A stretch of 58,666 bases of DNA, the filler included, from Ionaspis alba (taxonomy: Eukaryota): the NCBI GenBank assembly GCA_964255285.1. It is 5 parts of 5 records of this genome, joined end to end, with 100 filler letters (N's around TTAATTAATTAA, not from the genome) between each part and the next. Parts side by side here need not be neighbours in the genome. Positions count along the whole stretch, not along the records: positions 23,572 to 35,238 come from CAXUUL010000546.1; positions 35,339 to 46,979 come from CAXUUL010000547.1; 3 more parts are not named here. The stretch is one strand, 5' to 3'. The notes beneath the pieces were generated by a model that saw nothing but the letters and a program-made list of their open reading frames with translations, did no database searches and was not told the origin of the DNA. The translations under genes and the position numbers were made by a program. This document shows, piece by piece, positions 27,643 through 40,299 of the stretch (its first letter is position 1; each line of letters opens with the position of its first letter).

Positions 27643-28956
27643 GCTGGGTAGTATCTTTATGCTGCTGGATATATCATTAGGGTATCGCGCCAGGTACTAG
27701 CAGGGGATGAACACACCTATTATTCCTCTGTCCAGGGTCAGTACTTTTAATCTACTTTAGAGGATGTGCTTGCCTTCACGGATTATCGATTGGTCTGGTA
27801 AGCTCTCCCGTATGGACTTTGGAGAGCTGGGTTCTTGAAACGCTCTCGAAGCGAGAGGGATAGCGCAAGCAATTGAGGGATTGGCGTACGTCAACCGACA
27901 TCAAGTACGAGTTGATGTGGTGATTTTTGGAGAAGAAAAAGGGTATTGATCAACGAAGGGAAGGACTATGGTCTTGCTCTTATAGCGGTGCGTTACAGTA
28001 ATGCTTGAGTGAAGGACAGTATGTGACTAGATCAGGACAGAGAGGCGCCAATTCTGAAATCAACTTTATACAGTGCAATTAGGCAGCTGGATGGTCTGAA
28101 CAGTGTGATCACAAATTTCCAAAACTATAGAGCAGGAAGCACTACAGTAATTTCACTTGAGCGTAAAACAAGCAAAAAGAACACAAGAAAGAGGGAATCC
28201 TGAAGCTTAATTATGCCACATCCCTCGCGCGGAGACAAGCGTGGGGTCATTCATCCCTCGGACTACATAGCCACTCATAGCAATACCATCTGGTCACAAA
28301 GACGGGCTCGATGCCACTCGGCCCGTGTGGAGGCTGCATGCGCTGTAGGGACACTGGCGGGCACTAATAGCATCCCGACGTTGTGCCACTCCTGCTTGCA
28401 GTGGTCCGGTGTTAGGAACCAATCGATCGTATCTTCACAGAAGATAAGAAGCTACCACTAGAGATTTATTCTCCGATAAGCATGGATGTACGCCGTGGAG
28501 AATGCTGTTGGCTATTCCACTGGCCGTGAGATCCGATTGAGCTCCTCTGCATACTGGATTGGAGTGGCTCCTGGCTGCTTGTTTCTATCGCTGTTCTACG
28601 CATACTGTCGGCAGGACGCTAGTGTAGGTATGTACTAGCGGAGGCTTCGGCTGGCACTTCCTTATCGGGACTGGCGGTTATCGGCGGCTTCCAGCTATGT
28701 GTCAGGGGAGGGTTCTATGTATTAATCACAGCAACAGATGCATGCTTTGTGCGGCTTCGGAATCTCTCCCTGCAGGCTCGAGGCAAGGCATCTACGCAAC
28801 AATGGGCGAGTTCTAGAAGTAGGGATTACGATTATTCTATAACAGCTACTCATAAGGACATTAGCAAGCCTCAGAAGGCCTGCCATCGAAGAATCTGCAT
28901 ATATATTGGGCAGTCTCCCCGAGGGTCCTTTCTTGTAATTGCTCATATATACTGAC

Positions 28957-30390
28957 TCAACGTCTTCTACTTCCACTCCTGCTATCAGAGCCATCACGAA
29001 AGGGACCATCATCGAGCTGGGAGAATCGCCTCGCCTTCGCGACTTTGTCCTCCTCATCCCATATCGGGAGTTGAGGAATGAGATCGAACAATGCACTCTT
29101 GATCATTGGCAATCGTTCATCCAGTCCAAAATCAATGATGTTTCTGACACTTGATCGGAAGTGCCGGATGTCCTGTGGCCGATGGAAGTGGTAGAAATCG
29201 ATTTCCGAACTGACATAATGTGAACCGTTGCCGTGTTCTCGCCAGTGGACCCATAACGATGCATCGTGGGAATCGACGACACACGAAAAGGCAACTGAGT
29301 CGGTAATTTGACGTTGTTCCCTTGTCCTCGTGTAGCTTAGAAGTGTCTCGATCGAGTTTACACAGTGAGAACCAGTTCCGGCATTCTGATTTGCAGCCAC
29401 CCATCTCGAGCCAAGCCGAGATGGAGATTTATATTCAATAGCAAAGAAGGGCCAGTACGCGGCTGAAGTGGGTTTGGCATATGGATATAATCGCGGGTGC
29501 TGAACAACATCAGAGATTTGGGAGTTGAAGCTTTCGTATGGAAAACCGTAGTGGAAGTCAGGTATTGGGGTTACAACCGGCGGGCATCTGGAACCTGTAA
29601 TGTATGGGAGGGCGGTCCGGTCGAATGGTATATTTGCGCCCTCCGCTATAGAGTATTTGTTGGGTCCAACTTTGTAGTCCATAATAGTCGGAAACAATGG
29701 TGTTTTGGCGAAGCCAGTACGGGTGATCTCCTCGTCTGCGTTGTCTAAAGTGGACAACTGCTCTCGAGTGTAGGCAACTTCCTGATCGGTGAGGGGAGGT
29801 GACCCCCGCTTCTTTTGTATGATGTTTTGTGCATAATTACGGACGGTGTCAGGCATGGACATGCCGTAAGAGTCTATATATATAGAGTGATGCTTAAGCT
29901 CATCTCGGTAGGTTGGAGACTGGACTCGTTTTGACTTCTTAGGATCATCCCTCGAGTTTGAAGTCGAAGTACGCGACGGAACTGTTTGCTGGGAGGCCGC
30001 TGAATACGCCGATGGTACTGCCGAGTTAGGAGGATATGGTACCCGAGCTGGTGGCGGGAACGTCGTGGCCGTTCTAGACAAGGACAGAGGAGAAAGAGGT
30101 TGATATGTAGGCTGTTTATTCGTATTTGGCTGTGCGCTTCCAGGTCTGGAAGGTTGTGAAGGTCCGTTCATTTTGCGTAATAAAAAGCTGTCGGAGCGAC
30201 TCGTCTTACGTTTGCAAGGAGGTGGGATTTGCCCGAGCCAGTTCGTTATGCTCTCTGTTGGCGACCAGAAGCCAGTTCTTTTGCGGGCTGGCTCTCGATA
30301 ACCTCTCTGGTCAGTGGCCTCGAGCTGCGCTGCCTTTCTTTTCAACGGCCGGGTCGGTTGCGGGCACTGTATTTCAAGTCCTCCCGACAT
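28957..30390 (-). CDS. Intronless fungal hypothetical protein with a C-terminal PD-(D/E)xK-like domain (DUF7924-like)
   Basis: Disordered S/P-rich N-terminus, then PIPDFHYGF...WPFFAIEYKS...AANQNAGTGSHCVN...AFSCVVD...LWVHW...VRNIIDFGLDERL. Confidence 0.7.
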   Translation of the reverse strand: MSGGLEIQCPQPTRPLKRKAAQLEATDQRGYREPARKRTGFWSPTESITNWLGQIPPPCKRKTSRSDSFLLRKMNGPSQPSRPGSAQPNTNKQPTYQPLSPLSLSRTATTFPPPARVPYPPNSAVPSAYSAASQQTVPSRTSTSNSRDDPKKSKRVQSPTYRDELKHHSIYIDSYGMSMPDTVRNYAQNIIQKKRGSPPLTDQEVAYTREQLSTLDNADEEITRTGFAKTPLFPTIMDYKVGPNKYSIAEGANIPFDRTALPYITGSRCPPVVTPIPDFHYGFPYESFNSQISDVVQHPRLYPYAKPTSAAYWPFFAIEYKSPSRLGSRWVAANQNAGTGSHCVNSIETLLSYTRTREQRQITDSVAFSCVVDSHDASLWVHWREHGNGSHYVSSEIDFYHFHRPQDIRHFRSSVRNIIDFGLDERLPMIKSALFDLIPQLPIWDEEDKVAKARRFSQLDDGPFRDGSDSRSGSRRR

Positions 30391-30906
30391 CGAGAGAATA
30401 GTGTAAGCGATGCACAGTGCTTTTAAGGGTAGGAAGAGAATGTGTAGGACGTGGAGTGTGCTAGGCGCGACACAGAGTTTGGTTGCGCCGTTCTGATGTA
30501 CGCTAGGGTAGCACAACGCGAGAGCCAATCAAATTGAAAGCAAAAGTAGGCGACTAAATTAATGAGAAGTCTCGGTGGACGTCTCTCATCAAACTAGGAA
30601 GTTTAATGGACACTATGCGGACACGCTCGCCATTGACTACTGACTGACGGCTTGGAAGCCTTCGACTGGTGCCTAATCGAAGAGGGAGGTCGTTTTCGAT
30701 ACTCGATTATCGGAAATATGGTATGAGCACATCTTGTCAAAAAGATCAACGAAGAGTCGTGCATGGCAAAATCTCTATCTTTGCTTCACCAATATGGTAA
30801 ATGATCGTAGCCTATAAAGCCCAACGTTTCCGTTCATGAAGTCTTTCCTCAGCCTTCTCTGATCGATCCTATGCCCCCTCTCCCTCTAACAAACAGAACA
30901 TTGATC

Positions 30907-31833
<927 letters not shown>

Positions 31834-32236
31834 TGCGTAGGTATATTGTGCGGACTGAGTAAAAAGTTTGAGGGAATAATGATGGGTCTCAAGTTTATGC
31901 TCTGATCCTGCTCGGACAGTAGAGACCAGATACTCATGTATGACGTGGGATGGTTCCCGAGCTGAACAATTACGCCGGATGCAACGTTCCTGTGTTTGCG
32001 ATTCCTGGGCACAGTTTTTAGCGACGCAAATATGCGGGCAGCAGGTTTTAGCGGGTTGAGCTTCGAGCAGACGCTAAACCGAAGTGGGATTTTGGACATT
32101 CCTCGAAGTCAAGCTCTCAGCTTCTACATAACGGGGTTCATTGGCACATTGCAGTGGTAAAGAAGTGCGCTGAGGAGTCATTTCTCACATTCGTCATCTT
32201 CATGCAAGATCCGCACCGGAATTGGAGGGAAGACAG

Positions 32237-34543
32237 ATGCCCTTGCCAGGGCGCATATTTGCTGGAGATGAAGAGCTAGGGAAAAAGGACGACGATCATA
32301 GACCTAGCCATGGTACGACTGTGCCCTCAATGTGGTCATGGATGACTTGGACGAGTATACCACGTATCCGGCGGAGGAGGTTGGCTGTGGGCATAGTCAT
32401 ACTGCTTGCGCTCTATCTCTTCTTCAGGAGCATAGCTAAAGATATCAGTCCCATTGTTGACAGGATCAGCACTGGAGGCTCTGCACATTTCAGTGGAATA
32501 CCTGTGGCTCCTGCCGGCAAGCCACCCCGTACTGAGGAAGAGGCAGAAGCACAAAAGCATTATTACAATGGCCCTGTCAGGTTCTACTACCTAGCGACAT
32601 CGCTTCATGCCATCGCAAGGACAATGGGATATCGCGAGGTCAACAAAAATGTTCTCTTTGCAGCTGCCAATCTTCGGAGCGCCTCTCGACTTATTCCGAT
32701 GGCATGTGAGATGGCAAGGTGGAACAGAAATGTAGTGCATTTCGCCTTCCTGGGGAGGGACGACATGGCCATCAACGATATGCAAATGGTCAATGGTGTG
32801 GGAAATGAATGCAACATCTTTTGGCATGGTGAGAGCATGAGACTCTTGGCTACATGCTGCCTGCTGATGTTTTTTTCAGACGCTCGTCCTGATTACTCAT
32901 CGTGGAGTTCTGATGCTCGCATGGAGGAGAGCGTGGACACAGTGCTGGGACATATACACGGCCTGATGCATCCACAAGTGTATATCATCGACGAGTCAAA
33001 GATGGAAGAACCCTTTTTCGTCAGAGGAGTACGGTCTAAATCCTACGACACAGGCAGAACGGTCATAGAGCTACCTACGAATGCTGCAGAAAAGCTTATG
33101 TGGATGACCCGGCTCGATTCTGGTTCTTTAGGTGGTAAGTTGACGATTAAGCACTACCTAGAACGGCAGTGCTAATAAGTTGTAGCATGGCACAATACCT
33201 ATGTCGACATTCTGATCCAAGCTCCTGTAGACTCGTCAGGCTCACTGATTCGACTGTTGAAATCCATCGAAGCAGCCGAGTACTTTGGTGTTCGAAGACC
33301 TCATCTCACCATTGAACTTCCTGCAGATATAGATCCGCCGACCTGGTCGTTCCTTGAGAATCTCGTCTGGCCACCACTCGACCCCTCTGGAGCTCCGCAT
33401 ACTTCGCAGGTAACCCTTCGCCATCGAATCTCCCCACAGAGAACTACAAGCGAGGAAGCATCCATCCGTTTTGTCGAGTCCTTTTATCCTGCCAGACCCC
33501 AGAACTCTCACGTACTAGTTTTATCACCTCAGGTCGAGCTTTCTCCAATGTACTACCACTATCTTCTCTACAACGTTCTTGAATACAAGCACGCGGCCTA
33601 TGGGACCAATTCCTTTGAAGCCACAAGTCTCATAGGCATCAGCCTTGATCCACCCTCACATTACCCAAATAGTAATAAGCCTTTTATCCCTCCTCGACCC
33701 TCGGCCGCAGTCACTACGTCCTCCGCATTCGGACCTCAAACATCGCCCACAGAACCATCACCATCACCATTTCTCTACCAATCACCAACCTCCGACGCGA
33801 CTCTCTACTTCGGTATCTTCTGGCTCGAGCTCCAATCCTACTTGACCAACCTCTTCAACATCCCTACACCACCACGTCCTCTTACGACCCCACTCAACCC
33901 TTCTTACCTCACACACATCCAAACCTTGATGCTAACCCGCGGCTACAACATCCTCTACCCTCTCACCTCCTCACTTGCCACCGTCCACAATGACCTACGC
34001 CCTCCTATCGAAGACTACGCACCATCTCTCTCTTCCTCAGTCCAACCAAACGACCTCCAACAACCGCTTCGCAAGGAATATCCACTCCTTACTACTGCCC
34101 TACTTCCCTTCCTCCCCGACGAAGGAGATCTCCCCGAACTTGCCACACTCCAAGTACTCTCGCACACTAGCACAGTTACAAGCTCTAGGAGCGCAAATCA
34201 CGCTGCTTTCAGCTTCGCAGAGAGATTCAAGCGGGAGATTGGCCAATGTGCAGAGGGTGCTGTGAATGGGCACGGGATGAACAAGTATAGAAGGCTTGGG
34301 CAGGCAGACGATTTGTTCTGTCAAGACGAAGAGGACGATAGAGAGCTAGTGGAAAAAGCGAGAGAAGATGAAGAGAGGAGGCAGAAGAACGAAAATGGTG
34401 GTAAGGTCGATGAAGAGGGTGGTGCTGTTGCGCATGCATCTACGGAGGCGCCGGATCAGGAAACGAGTAGGGTGAAGACGCTGTCGGCGGACGATGCCAC
34501 AGCAGTTTTGGCAGGGAAAGACATTCACAATCATGATGTTTAG
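32237..34543 (+). CDS. Type II membrane glycosyltransferase-family-2-like protein, 3 exons (introns ~32829-32879 and ~33135-33185)
   Basis: DEELGKKDDD N-terminus and a single TM helix; LIPMACEM, WHDARPD, LIRLLKSI, RFVESFYP and HVLVLSPQVELSP.YYHYL are typical of this conserved ascomycete family; divergent from IDI1. Confidence 0.75.
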
Positions 34544-35148
34544 GTAATGTTTTGTCTGAGTGGTGATATGCTGGTTTTGGCGGTAATGATGGGATTATGG
34601 GATAGAGTTAGGGACACTTTGCTACGGCATAGATGGCGTGGGCGTTATTGATCCAAGCGCATGTCGCGGTGTGTACAATAAAAGACTGGATTCTTGCACA
34701 CTCCATGGATGGCCTAATGACTTAAGGAATCGTATCATTATTAGTCTGAGTCTGCACTTCGGAAAATGTTTAATGGGAGTTTATCATGATGAACTGCAGT
34801 CACGCAAAGATCGCTCAAAGGTTCATATCTATAATATGCTTTATTACGCTGATTCCAGCAATGTATATACCCACAAAACCTCATCTACATTCCCTTCCCT
34901 GCGCCAGCGCCGTCCCAGTCCCAGTACTACCGCGTCCCGTAGTCATCTAGCCACTCTACAGTACACCAGTCCTCACAAATACAATAGACAGATCATGCTC
35001 ATCAGCACTTACACTAGCAACTCCACCATGTATCCACACAAAAGCAAGCAAAGAAGCACACACGAAGCAGAAAAAAGGGAAAAACTGCAGGCATACACCC
35101 ACCACCCACTAACTCAACACTTCCCCTCAACAACGTTCCCCACCCACC

Positions 35149-35238
35149 TCACCCCTCGCCCAATCTCACAACCCCCACCAAAAACGCCTCCGGCACCTTT
35201 GGTACCTCCGGACTCCCCGGCGCCTGACTCTTACTCCT
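35149..35238 (-). CDS. Possible 3' end of a gene cut by the contig end
   Basis: Open frame RSKSQAPGSPEVPKVPEAFLVGVVRLGEG* running out of the spacer; too short to assign. Confidence 0.3.
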   Translation of the reverse strand, partial: RSKSQAPGSPEVPKVPEAFLVGVVRLGEG

Positions 35239-35338
35239 NNNNNNNNNNNNNNNNNNNNNNNNNNNNNNNNNNNNNNNNNNNNTTAATTAATTAANNNNNN
35301 NNNNNNNNNNNNNNNNNNNNNNNNNNNNNNNNNNNNNN
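35239..35338. other. Artificial contig spacer
   Basis: N44-TTAATTAATTAA-N44. Confidence 0.97.
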
Positions 35339-35676
35339 ATGTATCTCGTTGCTGTTGAAGCTAAGATCTGCCGGGTCATCTTAGTGCTATGCGCAGGGTG
35401 ATCGATCTCCCGTTGTCGCGGGTCAGTTTAATTGATTATTGCGCACAGAGCTCTAGGTCTCGCGTGTTTCCCGACCACTAGAGTGCTTACAGGGGGCTTC
35501 AAGTTCAAGCTGCTTAAAAAAAAAGCGTTTCGAACTATAGTATAGAGAGGACGGGGTCGCCGCCCACCCTTGTTCACAAAACACCTAGCGAGCCCTTCCA
35601 CAGTTCACCGCAACTCTCGGGCCCATTTTTCGCAGAGCAGCATACCAAGTTACCTCGTTGGCCGAACTTCTATGCG

Positions 35677-35969
35677 ATGGCAACTCTGTCCTCTCAAAAT
35701 ATTCGATACCAGCAGGAACACAAAGATGAAAACAGGGCCAGCGATATGATTATTGCGAATGTGGTGATGCTCTCTGCTGCGTATATTGCGGTTGTTCTTC
35801 GCTTTATATCACGAAGGTTAAGCCATGCCGAACTAAAGGCAGATGACTGGATGATAATGTTAGGGTTGGTAGGACTTCAGGCGGCTATCGATTCCAATGT
35901 TCTGTGCTTTGCTGTCTGTTAATGTATGGCAGCTCTTAACGTCTTGCTTTATCGCTGGATGCTTTATCT
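35677..35969 (+). pseudogene. 5' stump of a PTH11-like/fungal rhodopsin-domain integral membrane protein gene
   Basis: IAVVLRFISRR...LKADDWMIMLGL is the TM1-TM2 signature; exon 2 is 35933-35969; intron 2 donor GTAAGT at 35970 is followed by a repeat, and no remaining TM exons are visible downstream. Confidence 0.75.
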
Positions 35970-35990
35970 GTAAGTTGTTCGCTTCAGGTC

Positions 35991-36156
35991 TATTAGGGCA
36001 GGGACTCAGGCATAGGAGGGCCAAGGGACTAAAGCTACGCTAGTGCACGTGACTAGCGCATGTATATAGTACCTTTTTAGCCTACAATCAAGCCTCAGAG
36101 TTACACACTACAAGAGACCACCCCCCTATAGATGGTTGCGTAGTCGTGACTCAACA
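35991..36156. mobile_element. Short dispersed repeat, solo-LTR-like (copy 2), at the truncation point of the PTH11-like gene
   Basis: TATTA (TGTTA-like)...ACA ends; internal near-palindrome CGCTAGTGCACGTGACTAGCG; homologous blocks with 20129-20283. Confidence 0.55.
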
Positions 36157-36453
36157 CAAACGTAGAGAGATTTTATGGTTCGAATTACTTCAAACGAAGG
36201 AAGGTTGATTTTGAAGTTTGGAACAATTCCTGTAACTCTATAGGACAGGACTGGAATGCTAGACTCCAACAGTAGGCAGAATATTAATATTGGTGAGTAG
36301 TTTCCCCGGAGAATGTCTTCTATTGATTTACAATGTCTAGAAAAGTGTCTGCACCATACTATATCTATCTTCCACCCAAGCCTTACAGTAAGACGACTCG
36401 CAGATCTTGATTCGCACTCTCTGATACAGTGTGTCCAAGTCTCTATAGTGCTA

Positions 36454-37520
36454 TCAAGTATTGGTAAGGAGGTCCGTAGGGTCCGCAGCGAGCTTCAGTG
36501 TGCGCGCAATCCACAATTCCCCTCCTTGAGTTGTGCCACCGTCAGCCTGACAAAGTGTGTCGAATTTGCTGAAAGCTGCCTCGCACATGCCTTGGGTAAT
36601 GAAGTTTTCATTACCCGGTTGTCCCCAATAGGTACTGAAGCGAACATATCCATTGCCTCCAAGCCAAGTTGGAATCCCTTTTGTCTGATAGACCTTGAGA
36701 ATATATGGATCATCTTTTGGAGTCTTCATCTTTATGAGTGCGTCGCAAGCTTCTGGTGCAAAGGCTTTCAATTGATTGGGATCCATCTTGGTGCCATCGT
36801 TATAGCAGTCATAATAATTAATATCGTAACCACCAACCAGCCCACCACTTCCCCTGGAATAAAGCCGCTGCTGATTGGGCGTAGGCTTGTCAGCAAAGAG
36901 TGGAATAGGTTTCTCTGGTGTGTGACTCGTTGTCCGGGATACGGAATTCTCTTGCGCGTGGACTGCTTTAGAGCCAGCTTTCCACATATGAACAGGAAGC
37001 AGGGTGTAGCTTCCATTTCCTGTGGAGATCCAGCTTAATTGGCCTTTACTCTCCAGGTGTTGAAAAACCTTGTCGGTATGGGACAGTCCTTGGTTGGCAG
37101 GGTTTTTTGCTTCGTCTGCATCAGGTTTGGGGGGCGCAGACGGTGTTGATGAGGGCTTCACAACATGAGAAGCCTGACCAGGTCCGACGGGAGCTGCGTA
37201 CGAGGCCGTGGCGCCTTGTGTCCTAACGGAATGTGATACCACAGTACCCATCACTGCTCCACCAGGAAGCGTTGGTATGGGCATTGCCCCATGTAGTGAA
37301 GTGCCCAATTTTGCATGTCCAGCAGGCGGTTTAGTAGAAGCACCGTTTGGAAAAGCGCTCAGCGATTGTATCTCAGGAGCACCCGCGGATGGCGAAACTG
37401 GTGTGGCCGCTGTAGCTGCTATAAGAGCAGCCACAGTAGCGGCCTGGGACATAGAAAGAAAGTCTGGAGGTGTCCTTAGTGTTTGGTTCTGGGTAATCTC
37501 CGGACTAACTTACAGTGCAT
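36454..37520 (-). CDS. Secreted protein: signal peptide, low-complexity pro-region and 4-Cys C-terminal domain (Y3-like/effector-like); micro-exon 37520-37514, intron 37513-37464
   Basis: ATGCACT|GTAAGT...CTAAG...CAG splices to MHYFLSMSQAATVAALIAATAA; C-terminal CYNDG...C...C...C...TQGG...AADP. Confidence 0.7.
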
Positions 37521-38294
37521 TCCTGATGCTTTCAATGTGACTCGGAATTGATAGTTGAAGGTAGATCGAGATGATTTCTGTGAGATTCATTGGGAAGATG
37601 ATGGAGATATTTAATCACTTTCCAAGAACAGTCATTCGGACGGCAAATGGTAATCACAACAAAAACTCGGGAGAACAAACACATTTTTCAGCATTACGAG
37701 ACAAGAGTCATCAAATTTGTTATACAGGCTCAGCATGTCAATTGCGAGGAAGCGAGTGCTATGTTGAGCCAGACTGGATGTGAAGACCAACACAGAACTG
37801 GTTAACAAACGTGTCAAAGTTGAAGGAGCTCTTTGGAACGTAGCTATATGCTGTTGCTTAGATCCCCTTTGTGGGATCGATATGAGACGTTGTGTAGTTA
37901 TGAACCCTAAACACATTGGAATGATCCTCATGACCGACGCGATAATTCATTGGGCACCTGACGGCGCTTGAGTATGCATTTCCGCTGATGCCACGGCGGT
38001 TGGTAACTATAAAGTCCGGCTTACCTGGTTACACGCGGTGTGGTCGTGTTGGATCCTTCTCTGCGCCCCCGCGCAAGCCCAAGCTTTTGCCGTCCCGGCC
38101 TAGCGCCAACCAAGCGGATGCGGCACGAGGTTTAGCTCGTCCCTCGTGCGTTACTCCGAAGGTCTTGGACAAGAATTGACTTCCCAGAAAGTCTGGAACC
38201 TTCGATCTTCTCTTCGACATGTCATTTGTTTTCTGCTGGATGCCCATTTCCTTTGACTGTTCCAGGCTTGAAGCAGGTATAACACGAGTTCACA

Positions 38295-39773
38295 ATGGCT
38301 GCCTTAATGAGTTGTTCTAACGAGCTGCTGGTGATGATATTTTCGGCCATCTGCAAGAAAGATCTGCTGGCCCTTTCTCTCACATGCAAATCGCTTCGAC
38401 CGCTGGCACAATCATGGCTCTATTGCAAAATCCAGTGGACCTGGAACGGAATACCCGAGAACAATCTAAGAATCTTTTTCTTGCTACGAAGCCTCGTTGA
38501 AAATCCCGAACTTGTTCAATTTATTGAGCATTTCTCTCTGCTGTCCGACTCGAAGAATATGCCTCGAACCATCTGGTCTCAGCATGATCATGCTAGTCTT
38601 CCAATAGCAGATCTGGCTCTCTTGCAAGGACTCGTTGATACACTACGACTCCCTTCAGCGCACGAGTGGAAACGAATGATAGAGCATGGCCGAATTGATG
38701 TTTTCGTAGCCCTGCTACTTTCGCGGGTCTCTTACTCAAGGACTTTGGAAATTGGATTCGGAATTGTGATGAACTTCAAGTTTGCCGGGATGATGCTTCG
38801 ACACCTATCAAGCTCGTCTGCTGCTGCGCCGGTATCCCCGATGTTTACGCAACTTCAACGGGTCGACTTTTGCACGGATCGACCGAGGGGTAACGACAAC
38901 TACCTCTCAATGCCTTGTCCTCAATGGGATTTACAGGATTCGCCAAGGAATTTTCACGACATTAGACCTCTATTCTTCCTGCCTTCGATGAGGTATCTGA
39001 GATTATGGATACAGAATCCCTCAGATCTATTCTGGCGACGAGAGGTCTTCGGCCTGTCGAACTTGACTACGTTGGTAATACATCACAGTGAGGCGAGGCA
39101 GGACACCATTAGTCAGCTGCTGTCATTCACACCATGTCTGGAGCGGTTCGAATACCACTACCATGGATGCACAGATTCACGCTTTCATGATAAGCCTTCA
39201 TCGTATCTGGATTGTGCGAAGCTCAGCGAAGCATTGTCGCGTGTCAAGAGTACAATACGCTTTATTGTCATATTCGCAGACTGGTATTCTACTTCTAGTG
39301 CTGAACCCGAGACCTGTCATGCATGGGGAGTAAAGAGAAACCTTGAAAGCATGCGGGACTTCGCGAGGCTTGAAAGCCTGATTGTGCCGTTAGTAGTTCT
39401 CCTAGGCAAGTCTCCGTTATCCTCAGCCATAAAACTAGCGGATCATCTGCCTCCCAGTCTGTGCGAGCTTTGCTTGACAGACGACCTTAATTTCATGGGA
39501 TTGATGGAGTGGAGACAACAAGACTATCTCGAGCGATTCCAAGTTTATTTGCACAGATGGCAGGAGCATTCTCCTAATCTCACCACTATCTCACTGAAAA
39601 TTGATTGTCCGTCTTCGTCACATAGGTGGGCTGATGGTGCAGCCAGGAATCATGAAGACGATTATTCTGTTCTTGATTCGCTAGTCGAAAATCAACACGC
39701 ACTCGCAAAATTGTGTGAAGAGGCTGGCATTGAGTTCAAGGTTGTAAGGTCTGGGAAAGTCATGCGAGAATAA
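38295..39773 (+). CDS. F-box protein with an LRR-like C-terminal region, intronless
   Basis: F-box-like LMSCSNELLVMIFSAICKKDLLALSLTCKSLRPLAQSWLY; LxxLxL repeats (LSNLTTLVI, TPCLERFEY, FARLESLIV, LPPSLCELCL). Confidence 0.8.
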   Translation: MAALMSCSNELLVMIFSAICKKDLLALSLTCKSLRPLAQSWLYCKIQWTWNGIPENNLRIFFLLRSLVENPELVQFIEHFSLLSDSKNMPRTIWSQHDHASLPIADLALLQGLVDTLRLPSAHEWKRMIEHGRIDVFVALLLSRVSYSRTLEIGFGIVMNFKFAGMMLRHLSSSSAAAPVSPMFTQLQRVDFCTDRPRGNDNYLSMPCPQWDLQDSPRNFHDIRPLFFLPSMRYLRLWIQNPSDLFWRREVFGLSNLTTLVIHHSEARQDTISQLLSFTPCLERFEYHYHGCTDSRFHDKPSSYLDCAKLSEALSRVKSTIRFIVIFADWYSTSSAEPETCHAWGVKRNLESMRDFARLESLIVPLVVLLGKSPLSSAIKLADHLPPSLCELCLTDDLNFMGLMEWRQQDYLERFQVYLHRWQEHSPNLTTISLKIDCPSSSHRWADGAARNHEDDYSVLDSLVENQHALAKLCEEAGIEFKVVRSGKVMRE

Positions 39774-40299
39774 ACGTGACTTTTGTGACTGGTAGGATTG
39801 GACGAGAAGCTGGTTTCATGATCATGGCTCTCTTGGATCTCGATCCAAATATGAGTAACGGCTACAACATCTTGTCTCTGCTGTTAGTCACTTACCCGTT
39901 TTGGGATTATGTTCAAGCGCTAAAAACTAAATTCGAATCTCACATCAACAAACACAATGGGAACATACCTAGATTCCAGTGACTGTATCTGCACGCGGCT
40001 TATTACAGTTGCATGCTATTGGAATGCCGTGACAAAGTGTGTGTTATCGTGCTCTGTTTGGTAACAGCTACGCAGATGATGAACGTTGTTTAAAACTGGG
40101 GAGCCTAACTAGTCTCTATATACACTGACGACGTTGGCATTCCTGTAGACTGAGCAAAAGAAATCGCGACACCATTTTTGTGAACAGCCCAGGCATAGTA
40201 ATCTGCCTTCAACTTTCTAGGAGTCGTCGTAGTCCTGGAAGGCCCTGGTGTCCTTAGGAAATCTCTGCTGCCGCATCAGAAGTCTTGGTGCTTTTCAGT

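Noticed and set aside
34638..35294. 218-aa plus-strand ORF
   Set aside because: Low-complexity C/A-rich sequence running into Ns; more likely the antisense of a 3' UTR and gene end.
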